This document shows, piece after piece, positions 39,608 through 51,445 of a DNA stretch of 64,000 nt (positions are counted from its first letter, which is position 1; each line of letters begins with the position of its first letter). The stretch is from contig NC_085842.1 of assembly GCF_035594765.1 (NCBI RefSeq), forward strand, positions 232,077,747 to 232,141,746, written 5' to 3'. Under the pieces are notes generated by a model, which made no database searches, was not told the origin of the DNA, and saw nothing but the letters and a program-made list of their open reading frames with translations. Position numbers and translations under genes: made by a program. Source of the stretch: Anolis carolinensis. Its lineage: Eukaryota.

Positions 39608-40288
39608 GCCCCCAATGGTGCAGGGAGTTAAACCGCTAAGCTGCTGAACTTGCTGACTGAATGGTCAATGGTTCAAATCGGGGTAGCGGGGTGAGTTCCC
39701 ACTGGTAGCTTCAGCTTCTGAGACAAGAAGCTTTGGTGAGAAAAGCATTAGTCAGCTAACCCCATACGATATTATCCGGTATTTATTAGGTCCCTATTTT
39801 ATTATCTATGCATTTTATCTCATCATTGTATTCTTGCATAGATGTTTCAGTTCCTACACCTATGTATACCACAGAATTGTATTTGATGGTTGACTGATAT
39901 TATCAACTATTATAATACCTTTGTTTTAAATTGTATTTTGTTTTTATCTTGTTATATTGTGAATTGCATGTATGTTGTTTTTATCTGATTATGCTGTCCG
40001 GGCTTTGCCCCATGTAAGCCACCCTGAGTCCCCTTGGGGAGATGGTGGCGGGGTATAAATAAAATTTTATTATTATGATTATTATTCTGCCAACCTAGCA
40101 GTTTGAAAACATGCAAATGTGAGTAGATCAGTAGGTACCGCTCTGGCAGTAAGGTAACAATGCTTCATGCAGTCATGACGGCCACATAACCTTGGAGGTG
40201 TCTATGAACAATGCCGGTTTTCGGCTTAGAAATGGAGATGCGGACATGACTAGACTTAACGTCAGGGGAAAACCTTTACCTTTACCTT
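39608..40288 (+). mobile_element. Sauria SINE interrupted by an L2-type LINE 3' fragment (~39721-40085)
   Basis: The SINE halves rejoin at CTTCTG/CCAACC; flanking duplication TATATCTCATATGA(G/A)TAG. Confidence 0.8.
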
Positions 40289-40509
40289 ATATCTCATATG
40301 AATAGTAAGTGTAGTCAAGCCATGTGTTGTGTATTTGACATTGTGGAAGTAAGCAGGTAGAACATGGGTTGACAAAGAGCAGCCCTTCTGATATTGCTGG
40401 ATTGCAGTTCCCATAAGCCCCTGCTGACACAACCAATGGAAAGGAATCTTGTGAATTCCAGGCCAACTGGACTGAGACACTTTGCTCATTTTTCTCTGAA
40501 AATATTTGC

Positions 40510-40885
40510 CTGTTTTTGAGTTGGGTACATTTATGTCTCACCATTTCCCCTGCTGCTTCTAATTAATTAACAGACAGAAGCTTGCAAAATTCATCTTAAG
40601 AAGCTATGTATCCCCAATCCCCTTGTGCAACAAGGTTGGGTGGCATATTTCAATATCATCTTTCTATGTGAAATGATTTAGGAGCACGTGAAGAGGAACA
40701 GGAAACACCGGCTGTTTTGCTTTCTAGTAATAAAGCCACAAAGGCAATCAAGTGAAAGCTGAATAAGTGGGTGGTTCCCTCCAATTCACCCGTTTCGCTC
40801 AGCTGTTTTCTTTGCATCACCAAGAATCTGTTAAGGAAGGCAAGGAAGAAGAGAAGCAAGGGAAAGTCCCAAGGCATTGTGATAT
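40510..40885. promoter_or_regulatory. Candidate shared enhancer between IFN-1 and IFN-2
   Basis: Canonical kB site GGGACTTTCC (minus strand, 40861-40870), AAGTGAAAGCTGAA at 40750-40763, GAGGAACAGGAAAC at 40693-40706, CACGTG at 40685-40690. Inverted paralogue at 56.3-56.6 kb. Confidence 0.6.
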
Positions 40886-41992
40886 TTTTTTTCCTTTGAA
40901 GTCATGATCTCACCATTTGAAGATGAAATCATGATCTCATGTATTATTATTTCTTGTAGCAGATAATGTTCCATTCCTAATAAGATGTCCCTTTGTGCCA
41001 AAACTTTTTTCAGTTTCTCTTGTTCAGTCGTTTCCGACTCTTCGTGATCTCATGGACCAGTCCACGGCAGAGCTCCCTGTCGGCCATCGCCGCCCCCAGT
41101 TCCTTCAAGATCGAGCATGGGCGAAAATTCCAGAACAATGAACAAAGGCAGTTGTTGGGAGTGAAATTTTCAGCATATAACCCTCTATATGTATCAAAGT
41201 TAGTGCATGTGTGACCATAGGAAGAAGAGGGTGAGAACTACAGAAAATAGCTAAGGTCATAAATCATGTGTTTTTACAATTAACTCAATTGAGCATGTGC
41301 ATTTGTTATCCCAACAATACCACCAATCAGGATCCCAAGGACTGCACTCTATCTACTCTTGTTCTACATGCTTACTTCCATAACAACAGAATATGCAACA
41401 CATGGCTTGACTATGCTTCTTGGGTTATTTGCTATTCATATGGGATATTGCCCACTTTTTGGGGGTGGCATAATAATGAACATGGTGGTTTTGAAGGGAC
41501 CAGAAGACCCCCTTTCCCACCCCTCCCTGTCTGGCTTAATACCTAAGACTACAGGGAACTTTGTTTCTGGTGGGGATGCAGTACTGATAGACCTCTCAGA
41601 TGAAACATAACAGACAGGACATACATATAATTTTACAAAACAAAAAACAAAACTAATAGAACTAGTCCCTACATTAAGTTTCCCATGAGCAAAGGTTGAG
41701 TGAGAAAATGCTAATCAAAGTGCCAGCATGAACCAGCCTTTTCTCCCTCCTCTGATTATTCCATATGGAAGCATCTACAGACCTTTGATATTGACTGATC
41801 CCAGCAACAGAAGACATTTCAATGGTGTTTGGCTTTTCAAAAAAGTTAAATAAAATTCCTGAAGGAAAGACGAAAGGAATTCTGCTTTATTCTATCAATT
41901 ACAATTGCATTCCTATTATTATTATTTATTTAAATTCTCTATAACAAGGGGGAAAGCCCAGTTTTCAATCACCATCACCCCTTGTTATTTCA

Positions 41993-42120
41993 CACTTTTG
42001 TTCTGATATGTAAGAGAAAGAGGAAACTACTCTGTGTAGTTTCCACCACGATCAGAAAATAATCTAAACGGAAAGGGTCAAAACAAAGCACCAGCCCCTC
42101 AGAGTTTAAATACAAAGTCA
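41993..42120 (+). promoter_or_regulatory. IFN-2 proximal promoter
   Basis: GAGAAAGAGGAAAC, dyad at 42022-42044, TTTAAATA at 42105-42112. Confidence 0.75.
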
Positions 42121-42212
42121 TGGTTGGAGGATGCAACACACACAAGGGTATCTTCCAAGAGACCCCAGCTTCTAGATTCTACACTCCAGAAAAACCACCA
42201 TCCTGTGACTTC

Positions 42213-42800
42213 ATGATGGTCACCAAAGGCTGGCTTTTGCTTATTGCCCTCGCCATGGTCATCATTATGGAAGTCTCATCTCAGGACTGTGGCCAACTTC
42301 TCACCAGGCTACGGGAAGCCAACCAGGCCAACCTGGACGTTCTCCATAGAAATATGGGACCCTCCATTTCCCAACAATGCATCGATGATGTATTCAGCTT
42401 CTCTCACAGAGAAGCTCTGGGAAACATTAATGTCTCTGAGGAGGGGAATGCCAAGGCGGCCATACAAGAAGTCCTTCAGCAGACAGGTCACATCTTCAAG
42501 CAGAACTACACCGAAATGCCATGGGATGAGGATTCCTTGAGAGCTTTCCATGCTGGACTGGATCAGCAAAGTGAGAACCTGAAGAGCTGCCTGAGTGCAT
42601 CTCCAAGGATCCAGCTCACCAGGCTGAGAGTGAAAAAATATTTCCGAAGCCTGAGTAACCTCCTGAAAGAGAAAGAGTATAGCCGGTGTGCCTGGGAGAT
42701 CATCCAGATCCAAGTCAAGCAATGTTTCCTCTGGATTGAGAAAATCATTCAAGAGATCCAAAACAAAGGTATGGAGGGACAGATTCCCATGCATACATAA
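42213..42800 (+). CDS. Type I interferon (IFN-2), main coding exon; start 42213 or 42216; predicted spliced CDS ends 42768 + 42977-42981 (IQNKA)
   Basis: Paralogue of IFN-1 with signal peptide, QDC, KKYF and CAWE. The ORF-track start at 42120 is only 8 nt after the TATA-like box (42105-42112), so it is unlikely to be transcribed. 3-aa deletion (SPRIQL vs SPRSQRIQL). Confidence 0.95.
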   Translation: MMVTKGWLLLIALAMVIIMEVSSQDCGQLLTRLREANQANLDVLHRNMGPSISQQCIDDVFSFSHREALGNINVSEEGNAKAAIQEVLQQTGHIFKQNYTEMPWDEDSLRAFHAGLDQQSENLKSCLSASPRIQLTRLRVKKYFRSLSNLLKEKEYSRCAWEIIQIQVKQCFLWIEKIIQEIQNKGMEGQIPMHT

Positions 42801-42976
42801 TATTTCTTCTAACTCAGAAACAAACATATTAATTATATTATTTCATTCCATTTTTAGAACAGGTAAAAATGATAGATCAGTTTCTAATCATTCAATGTGC
42901 TCATCTTTTACAAATTTGAAAGTAAGCTATTTCTAACTGAATAGGATGTTTGACCTGTTTTTCTTTATCTTTGCAG
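42769..42976 (+). other. Predicted C-terminal intron of IFN-2 (208 bp)
   Basis: AAAG|GTATGG ... CTAAC branch-like motif ... TTTTTCTTTATCTTTGCAG|CTTAA. Confidence 0.8.
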
Positions 42977-42998
42977 CTTAACCAGAAATCACCGGTGA

Positions 42999-43066
<68 letters not shown>

Positions 43067-43352
43067 ATACTATTCTTCCCTGCTCATTTGCGCTAAAGTA
43101 CTTTTCCGAATTTGAATCTAATGCAGCACTCCATGCATATAGAGAGGAAAGCAACAGTGGCAAACATAAGAGTACTGTAGCTTTATGCCACTTTTCACCA
43201 TTCTCACCTGGTGGCACTCTGAAGATTTTATTTATATTTTGAGGATTCTAATATTTGTTTGTATTGCTGTCCATTTTGAAACTATGTTTTTTTAAGTTAT
43301 TCTCTTTATTTATATATTTAATAAATTATTAAAATGTATGTCTTTAAATAAA
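42977..43352 (+). other. IFN-2 terminal exon / AU-rich 3' UTR containing a (GAAA)n tract
   Basis: ATTTA motifs, AATAAA at 43347-43352, homologous to the IFN-4 3' exon. Confidence 0.65.
42997..43066. repeat. (GAAA)n microsatellite in the IFN-2 terminal exon
   Basis: Read directly from sequence. Confidence 0.95.
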
Positions 43353-43531
43353 ATTGCATCTCCAAAATTCATGGATCGGTGGGGTTATTTTTCATAATGT
43401 AATCATTGGAAATACTGTGATATTCTAGAAGCGAAACCTATATGTGTGTATGTGTGAATGTGCGTGTGTGTGCATGAATATATCTATATCTATATCTATA
43501 TAGGTATAGGTATAGGTATAGGTATAGGTAT

Positions 43532-43862
43532 AGGTAAAGATAAAGGTTTTCCCCTGATATTAAGTCTAGTTGTGTCCGACTCTGGGGATTGGTGCTCATC
43601 TCTCATTTCTAAGCTGAAGAGCTGGCATTGTCTGTAGACGCCTCCAAGGTCATGTGGCCGGCATGACTGCATGGAGCGCCATTAGCTTCCCGCCAGGGTA
43701 GTACCTATTGATCTATTCACATTTGCATATTTTGAACTGCTAGGTTGGCAGAAGCTGGGGCTAGCAGCGGGAGCTCATCCTGCTCCCCAGATTCAAACCG
43801 CCGACCTTTCAGTCAGCAAGTTCAGCAGCTCAATAGTTTAATCCGCTGCGACACCAGGGGCT
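43532..43862 (-). mobile_element. Sauria SINE with a (TATAGG)n microsatellite at its tail
   Basis: Matches the other copies. Confidence 0.9.
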
Positions 43863-45114
43863 CTTATATACACACACATATATATAACACCCTGTTAAAG
43901 AATTAAGAGAGAATTCTTTGTTTCACTTTAAACTGAAAAGTACTAAAAAAAAACGTCATTTAGAAGACATGTTTCAAAAGACACAAGTATTCCAGTGCAT
44001 CTTTCAAAACAATCAGTCTTCTTGATTTTACATTCAAGGAAGGGTGTTTGCTCCTTCAATTCCCCCTTGCCTGTAAATATTAAATACTGTACTTATCTAC
44101 ATTGAATCACCTCCTCAATGTTGGAGCAAATTACCAAAAATTACCAAATTACTAAACAAAGCAATCTGGTACCTCAAAGCAGCAAAGTGGGATCAAACAT
44201 TCTCTTGAGTATACAGAATACATTCTAGACTTTGCATCAAGTGAAGAAATCTTCACAAATGATGATGGGTAAAATCACACTTAGAGGATGTAGAATGACA
44301 GTTCTGTCATTTTCTATAACAAGCAAATCAACAACCTAGAAATGTCCTGGAGTTCAAAGATGTAGGATGACATCCCCAACCATCCCAGAGGTCAAAAGTC
44401 CAGCATTCTAGGCAAAGGGTGAAAAGATTTTTTCAAAGAATCAAGGATCTCCAGGCAAAAAAGGAGAACTGTGACTGGGATATTGTTTCCTAATATTTTC
44501 TCTTGACTGATTGGCTCTTCCAATGGATCACAAATCAAGATACAGTGAGGCATTATCGAGAAATCAGACCCTCTCTACCAAGAGACGAAACCTAAATAAA
44601 TACTGGACAAGTGGGAAATAAATTACTATTTTTTTATTCTTTATTTTTACCATTCACAATGTCGAAAACATAGGCATCTCCCTTCTCCAGCTTTCTCCTC
44701 CATTCCCAAAGGATCCTGCTAAGTTTGGGAGACAGAGGGCATATTTTTGATAAAATTAACTCTCCCCTCACCAGCATATTCCCTCAGGGAAGGTTGAAAA
44801 GGAAATACACAATCACCAGGCATTTCCCCCACGTCTGCCCCACAAGACACGCCTACCTGTATTTTATAATGTGTTTTATGAATACTGATGTAAGTTAATA
44901 ATAATTTTTAACTGATTTATATTTCACTGTATAATTTTTATATATGCATTTTATTGTAAGCCACCCTGAGTCCCCTGTTGGGTGAGAAGGGTGGGATATA
45001 AATATTGTAATAAATAAATAAAATAAATAAGTCCCTGGGGGAAGGAGACTTGTCTGGTTTATGTAGTTTTCATTCATGTCCATTGCAGACTTACACAGCT
45101 TATTACTCCCAAAT

Positions 45115-45117
<3 letters not shown>

Positions 45118-45201
<84 letters not shown>
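45118..45201. repeat. (CT)n(AT)n compound microsatellite
   Basis: Read directly from sequence. Confidence 0.95.
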
Positions 45202-45204
<3 letters not shown>

Positions 45205-46050
45205 GTGTTTCCCCTAAAATAAGACCTCCCCAAAGAATAAGACCTAGTAGGGGTTTGGGGGGGATTGCCAAATATAAGGCCTCCCCTGAAAGTAAGACCT
45301 AGCAACTAAGAATGAGACCTTCCAGGCTGCAGGAGAGTTCCATTGGGAAGCATGGCTGCAGGGCAGAAGCAGCATTCATACTCACGGGAGGGAGGGAGGG
45401 AGGGAGGGAGAGAGAGTGCTTGCTTTCTGTGCCTCCTGCCTGTCCCCCAGCCACGGCTCAAAAAACCTTCCGTCTGCGCTGCCTGCCGTTTCTTTCTTCC
45501 TTTGGAGACAAGGCTCCGTCCTGGCCATGCTCCCTTCGTCCCAGAGGCTTCTGATTGGCTCCTGGTGCCAGGGCAAGGGAGGGTGGGAGGGAGGGAAGAG
45601 GGCTTCAACACCCTTTCCTGCTCCTTCTGCTTCTTAAAGGTACAGGACGCTTTGGGATTCTCCTCCCATTCTTATTCATATCCTATGCCATGAAACTCAT
45701 TATTTTATACTATTATTATTACCATATTATTAGCCTCATATTCTGTTATTATTATATCCCATTATTATATTATCCTATTAATATATATTATATCATTATA
45801 TTCTACACTATTATTCTATTATTATTCTATTATATTATCATATTATTATTATATTATTAGCATATTCTGTTATTATTATATTCCATTTTATATTATCCTA
45901 TTAATATATTTTGTATAATTATATTATATTCTATTATTTTATTATATTATCCTATTATTATATTATTATGCTATTCTGTTATTATATCCCATTATTATAT
46001 TATCCTATTAATACCATGTTATTATCATCATATTCTGTTATTATTATATC

Positions 46051-46330
46051 CAGGCCTGTAGCGAGGGGTTTTTTTTAGGGGTTCAACCCCCCCCCCCCGA
46101 AATTTTTCAAGTTATAAAAAAAATCTCGTTTACTCATGAATTTTAGCTGGTTAACCAAATCCCCATGCTAAGTCTATGAGATGCAAAACATTAAGAGTCC
46201 CCCCAGGCACTATCTCAAGCAGATATTGATAGGTTTGTAGCGGGGAAGGGTATGTGCTAGGGGTTCAACCCCCCCCCCCCCCGAAATTTTCAAAACCCCC
46301 GTCCGAAATTTTTTTCTGGCTACGGCCCTG
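46051..46330. mobile_element. hAT MITE
   Basis: TIRs CAGGCCTGTAGC/GCTACGGCCCTG; 8-bp target duplication ATTATATC. Confidence 0.85.
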
Positions 46331-46359
46331 ATTATATCCTATTATTATATTATCCCATT

Positions 46360-46495
46360 NNNNNNNNNNNNNNNNNNNNNNNNNNNNNNNNNNNNNNNNN
46401 NNNNNNNNNNNNNNNNNNNNNNNNNNNNNNNNNNNNNNNNNNNNNNNNNNNNNNNNNNNNNNNNNNNNNNNNNNNNNNNNNNNNNNNNNNNNNNN
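46360..46495. other. Assembly gap
   Basis: Run of N. Confidence 1.
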
Positions 46496-46815
46496 AACTA
46501 GAATAGAGAGAAATCAGCGTAGAAACCTTGTGAAACCTAAACTGCAAGAGGTACCATAGATTGTTGTACATGTAAATAATGGTAGTAACAATAAATTCTT
46601 GATAGGATTCACAGTTTGTCTGGTTATGCTGGTTTGAGATGACAACTACTTTACAGTATATAATTAATGTTCATTTTGTTCTTCAACAATAAATGTGAGC
46701 TCTTCTTCATGGAAAAATAAGACATCCCCTGAAAATAAGACCTAGTGCATATTTGGGAGCAAAAATTAATATAAGACCCTGTCTTATTTTCGGGGAAACA
46801 GGGTATATACACACA

Positions 46816-47401
46816 CAGTAGAGCCCCGGTTAACCAAGTTCCGGTTAACTGAGATCCGCTTTATCCGAGGCACCGCCGGGGCACCCCTCCCTCTCCCTCT
46901 CCTTCTCTCGTGCGAAGGGAGCGAGAGAGAAAGAGAGGGAGAGGGAGGAGGAAGCACCCGGAAGTGCCCGCGATCGCTGCTGCTGCTGCAATGCTCGTGG
47001 GCTGCCTACCTGGGCCGAGTCCTCACCCCTTGGGAAGCAGCCCACAAGCGCTACTAGGCAGCAGCGCTCATGGTCTGCCTCCCAAGGGGTGAGCGCTCGC
47101 CGAGGGATGTCTCCCCGGATCTCCCTCAGCCAGGCCCTTGCCGGAGGAAAGTGTTTCCTCCAGAAATGGCCTGGCCGAGGAAAACCCGTGGCACATTCCT
47201 CGCTCCTCGGAGGGGTAGGCGACCCTCTGAGAAACAAGGAGTGTGCCACGGGTTTTTCTCAACCAGGCCATTGCTGGATGAAAGGGCCTGGCTGAGGGAG
47301 ATCTGGGAAGAAGTCCCTCAGCGAGCCCTCACCCTATCCGAGCTATTTGGTTATCTGAGATGGGGCCCACCCCTTTATTTCGGATAACCGCGCTTCTACT
47401 G
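46816..47401. mobile_element. Tc1/mariner-type element with GC-rich interior
   Basis: Termini CAGTAGAG...CTTCTACTG followed by TA; related to the CAGTAGAGTCTC MITE family. Confidence 0.65.
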
Positions 47402-48076
47402 TATATCAGGCCTGTGCAGTTCAGCTGGAGGGTGAACCATTTTTTATATCCTAATTTCATTGGGTACCCAGATCCATTTCTAGGAGCCTCCCAAAAATCG
47501 TCTAATACAGAAATCTGTTCCTGGAAGATCTGGCCAATTGGTGGCAACGAGAATCTTACAAGGCTCCCCTTTTCATTCCTAGGAACCTTTCCTTTCTTCC
47601 TTTTAAGGGAGCCTGGGTTTGAGCCACAGGGTTAAGGAAGTGCCCCTACTGGGACCCTTTCCTTTCTTCCTTTCAAGAGAGCCTGGGTTTAAGGAACAGG
47701 GTTAAGGAAGCATGTGCCATGTACTCCCGAACAAAAGGGAAGAAACTGCTGGTTGCTCCCCTGCCAATGAGCCGTATAGCTACCTGTAGCCACAATGGGG
47801 TTCTGAACCAATATTTTTAATGCTAGTTCATCCTGCATTATGTGGCTGCACAGAAGCACCTATACCCTCACGTTAAGGACTTCATCAGATTACGCTGGGA
47901 AGTGTTCAGAAGAAGATAGTTCAGTCTAACTCCATTTTGTAATAAAATGGAATTTTTCCCTACCTTTTAATCACACTGTTTAGTGCACTCAGTTGTGCAT
48001 ATTTTTCAATGAAGAGGTTTCCACACTGCAGACATTTGACCCCGCCCACCACCCCTCTCCCTGCTTTTTGGTACTT

Positions 48077-48261
48077 CAACTCCCACAATTTCCAACAGCA
48101 GGAAGGGAGAGAGAGAAAAGGGATGGGAGGGAAACCCATTTGGAAAGGCAGCAGCAGGGGCTCTGATGGTGTTTTGGACTGCAACTCCCACAATTCCCAA
48201 CAGCAGGGAGGGAGAGAGAGAAAAAGGATGGGAGGGAAACCCATTTGGAAAGGCAACAGCA
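48077..48261. repeat. Two-copy tandem repeat with ~105-bp period
   Basis: CAACTCCCACAATT...CCCATTTGGAAAGGCA occurs twice. Confidence 0.85.
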
Positions 48262-50088
48262 CTGGCCCTCCCAACACAAGACACAGACAAACCATGGAAG
48301 GAAGGAATAAAGGTATCCTAAAAGACTATTTTTTTTTTTGCAAAGTAGAAGTATTATGAGGTAGCTTCCAACCAAACCTTCCTGCTTGGGGAGCAAAAGG
48401 AAATTGCCAAAAAAAGTTTATTTTGACTCCTCCCCCAATTTCTCCTCCCACAAATTGGGTGATCCTAACCTGAGACCAACAAGTGCTACTTCATTCGAAA
48501 TTTGGCAAAACATCCAGAGTTTTGAGAAAAATCCATTTCCTCATCTCTTGCTGATACTTTGGGGAAAAATTTTACCCTCAACGTTTAAAAAACTCAAAAA
48601 CTGCACTTTAACCAAAACGAATGTAGTGAACCCAGTGGAATATCAGATTTTAAGTGTAGAACGCAGTGGAATGTAAGTTATGTGATAAAGTAGTAAGAAG
48701 TTGTTCCAATATGGGAATGTAATTAGAAGAATGGGGGCAATCTTCTGAAATGTAGTGACTGTAGTAAATGAGTAAATTTTCAGTAAGATTTGCTCTCATT
48801 CTTCTAATTACTCTGAGAATTAAATATCAAATCAAGGGGGAAAAGACAAAGTTATGCAGGGCAAGGTAAGAAAAACGGTCTATATACATGTCTAGAATCC
48901 TTTTCACAGATTTTGATGAAAATGTAAAAGATTATGTTTATGGAACGGGAAAAATGAAACTGGGGGCAGAAGCACAGTTATCAGTGGCTTGGTTCTGCAA
49001 AACCCCTTCAGTCAATATCAAAGAAATATCTGTTATTGATGTCTTAACAGATTTGGGGGCCAATCTAATAGGTATTGAAGCCCTAACAGAATAATTGTGA
49101 AAATCATTTTAAGAGCAATCACTGTTCTGTGATTTATGATGGAGAATTCATGATGCAAGCATGTGCAGATAAAGATTTATATGTTACTGATTGCAAAATT
49201 GACTTCTGCATGCATCTCTGGAAATTCATCAGCACTTAGCACTGAAAAGTAAAGAACACCTCACAGAGGAAAACAATAATAGAGTTGGACAATTTGAGTC
49301 ACCTCCCTTTGTGTCTATCTATCATGATCCTCTCTGTGATATAAAACGATACTCTTGGAGGTGTTTTCTTCACTTCTTTTCCCCATGAATCTGCCTTCCA
49401 AGATGTAGGAATGACTTTCCTATATTAGAGCGGAGTTCTTACAATAAAGCTTAAGTTTCTTCCTCCAAGCCATTAGTGTACTTGCTCAATTAACCAAGAG
49501 AGGAGAATCTGAGACACTTTAAAAGTAGTTGAAAAATGGAACGACAGAGGATTCATTGGACATGTCAATGCCAAACCATGATAGTTGGAGAATATTGACC
49601 CCTGTGAGGTCCATATATGAACTCCATCAAATTGCCATGTTATTGGATTGTTCCCCCTATCCATTTTGCAGAATGGTTATGGGATGCAAAGATCATTGTA
49701 CTTTCTGTAAACTGGTTCATCTCTTTTAATGGCTCAGAAAGTCTAAATTGCCTCGATTGGATTTTTTTTTGTAGCCTAGTTCAAAATTGGTTACAGGACT
49801 GAAGTTCAATGAAGAACAGCATCACTAGGGAAAGATGGAATGTTATTTGCCATGATGAGGAACCATCTTTTCTGAAATGCAAAATCTGGAAAGTTGCTCA
49901 TTATGGAAAATACTCTAGGCTCATTCGATTATGTGAAGTATACTTCTGTCCTTTTCAGTTTGAAATGATACTAAGTATTCAATTTATAACTGAATGTTTT
50001 TGAGCCCAAGTATGTATCTGTTTCTGAGTGTTTCCCATTATTAAAATATGCAAGAATCTAACTTAGCCACTGATTTTTGAAAAACAGA

Positions 50089-50563
50089 TTTATTTCATGA
50101 AAATACATAATAAATATATATTATTTCTTTAATACAAATGTGAAATAAATATTAAATATAAGTAATAAATAACAGAAAATAGACAAATGGAATAGTATGT
50201 GAATACAGATTTCAGTTCCAAATTATAAACAACGTAAGAGCAAGTGGATCAAGGACACAGTGTATTTGTAGAATCCAGTCCATTTTGAGAGAATCTCTGC
50301 TATACAATATTGATTGTCCTCAAAGATGAGCATCTATTTCTTCATTCCTTCTCTGAGACTTTTGTCTCATCCCTTTGGATCTCTTCTCTATATAGCAGAA
50401 AACCTGACTTGGGAAAAAAACATTTAGGAACAGATCAAAGCAGAAGAACAGATCCGTTGTTTTCTAGAAGGATTTCATTAAAATAACATGATGAAACTTG
50501 AATCATTTGGACACTTGCTTCAACTGGACATTTCAGTCATTGCACCAATGATCATAGGTTAAG
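50089..50563 (-). other. IFN-3 terminal exon / AU-rich 3' UTR
   Basis: Homologous to the IFN-1 3' exon. ATTAAA at 50133-50128 and AATAAA at 50094-50089. Confidence 0.6.
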
Positions 50564-51395
50564 CTGTAAGGAAAAAGAAGAGTACCGGTAATTAGATTCC
50601 TGTATGCATTTTAAAATAGCATCCATTTTAATTTCCCCAAAAATGGAGCCTTTAATTTCAGAAGAATTAAGAATTTCAGAAAGGTTTTAAAGCAAAATTG
50701 AAAAAAAAGGGGTTAGCATTTTTGCCTTAGTTTTTGTACTGAAAAAATAACCAGTGTGTTTTGTTTTTGAGTTATAAGATATATTGCAAATCAAATATGT
50801 GCTGGAATCTGTGTCTCCATACCTTTGTTTCGGATCTCTTGAATAAGTTTCTCAATCCAGAGAAAACATTGCTTTAATTTTCCCAAAAATGGAGCCTTTA
50901 ATTTCAGAAGAATTAAGAATTACAGAAAGGTTTTAAAGCAAAATTCAAAAAAAAAGGGGGCTAGCATTTTTGCCTTAGTTTTTGTACTGAAAAAATAACT
51001 AATGTGTTTTATTTCTGAGTTATAAGATACAGTAGAGTCTCACTTATCCAACACCTGCTTATCCAACGTTCTGGATTATCCAACGCATTTTTGTAGACAA
51101 TGTTTTCAATACATCATGATATTTTGGTACTAAATTCATAAATACAGTAATTACTACATAGCATTACCATGAACTGAACTACTTTTTCTGTCAAATTTGT
51201 TGTATAACATGATGTTTTGGTGCTTAATTTGTGAAATCATAACCTAATTTGGTGTTCAATAGGCTTTTCCTTAATCCCTCCTTATTATCCAAGATATTCA
51301 CTTATCCAACGTTCTACCGGCCAGTTTATGTTGGATAAGTGAGACTCTACTGTATATTGCAAATCAAATATGTGCTGGAATCTGTGCATCCATAC
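50564..51395 (-). other. Predicted C-terminal intron of IFN-3 (832 bp), containing a tandem duplication and a MITE
   Basis: AAAG|GTATGG ... CTCTTCTTTTTCCTTACAG|CTTAA on the minus strand. Confidence 0.8.
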
Positions 51396-51445
51396 CTTTG
51401 CTTTGGATCTCTTGAATAAGTTTCTCAATCCAGAGAAAACATTGC
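50626..51445. repeat. ~250-bp tandem duplication of the IFN-3 coding end, donor and intron
   Basis: 50626-50872 repeats 50873-51445 once the MITE is removed. Confidence 0.9.
51030..51352. mobile_element. Tc1/mariner-type MITE in the predicted IFN-3 intron
   Basis: Same TIRs. The TA duplication is confirmed by the empty site in the adjacent tandem copy (~50788). Confidence 0.92.

Larger units (their letters stand above)
45202..46803. mobile_element. Non-autonomous pogo/Tc-like DNA transposon spanning a gap; degraded relative at ~1880-2108
   Basis: Termini CCGTGTTTCCCCTAAAATAAGAC...GTCTTATTTTCGGGGAAACAGGG flanked by TA; subterminal AAAATAAGACC repeats. Confidence 0.7.

Noticed and set aside
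40656-40877. Similar ORFs in both enhancer copies (MQRKQLSET...FSFHLIA) as a conserved micropeptide
   Set aside because: Non-ATG predicted starts, an indel changes the frame between copies, and DNA paralogy explains the similarity.
42120-42212. 31-aa N-terminal extension of IFN-2 in the ORF track
   Set aside because: The ATG is 8 nt after the TATA-like box, so upstream of the expected start site, and paralogues begin at MV/IxKGW.
45300-47400. GC-rich segments as CpG-island promoters or ORFs
   Set aside because: They lie inside TIR-bounded transposons.
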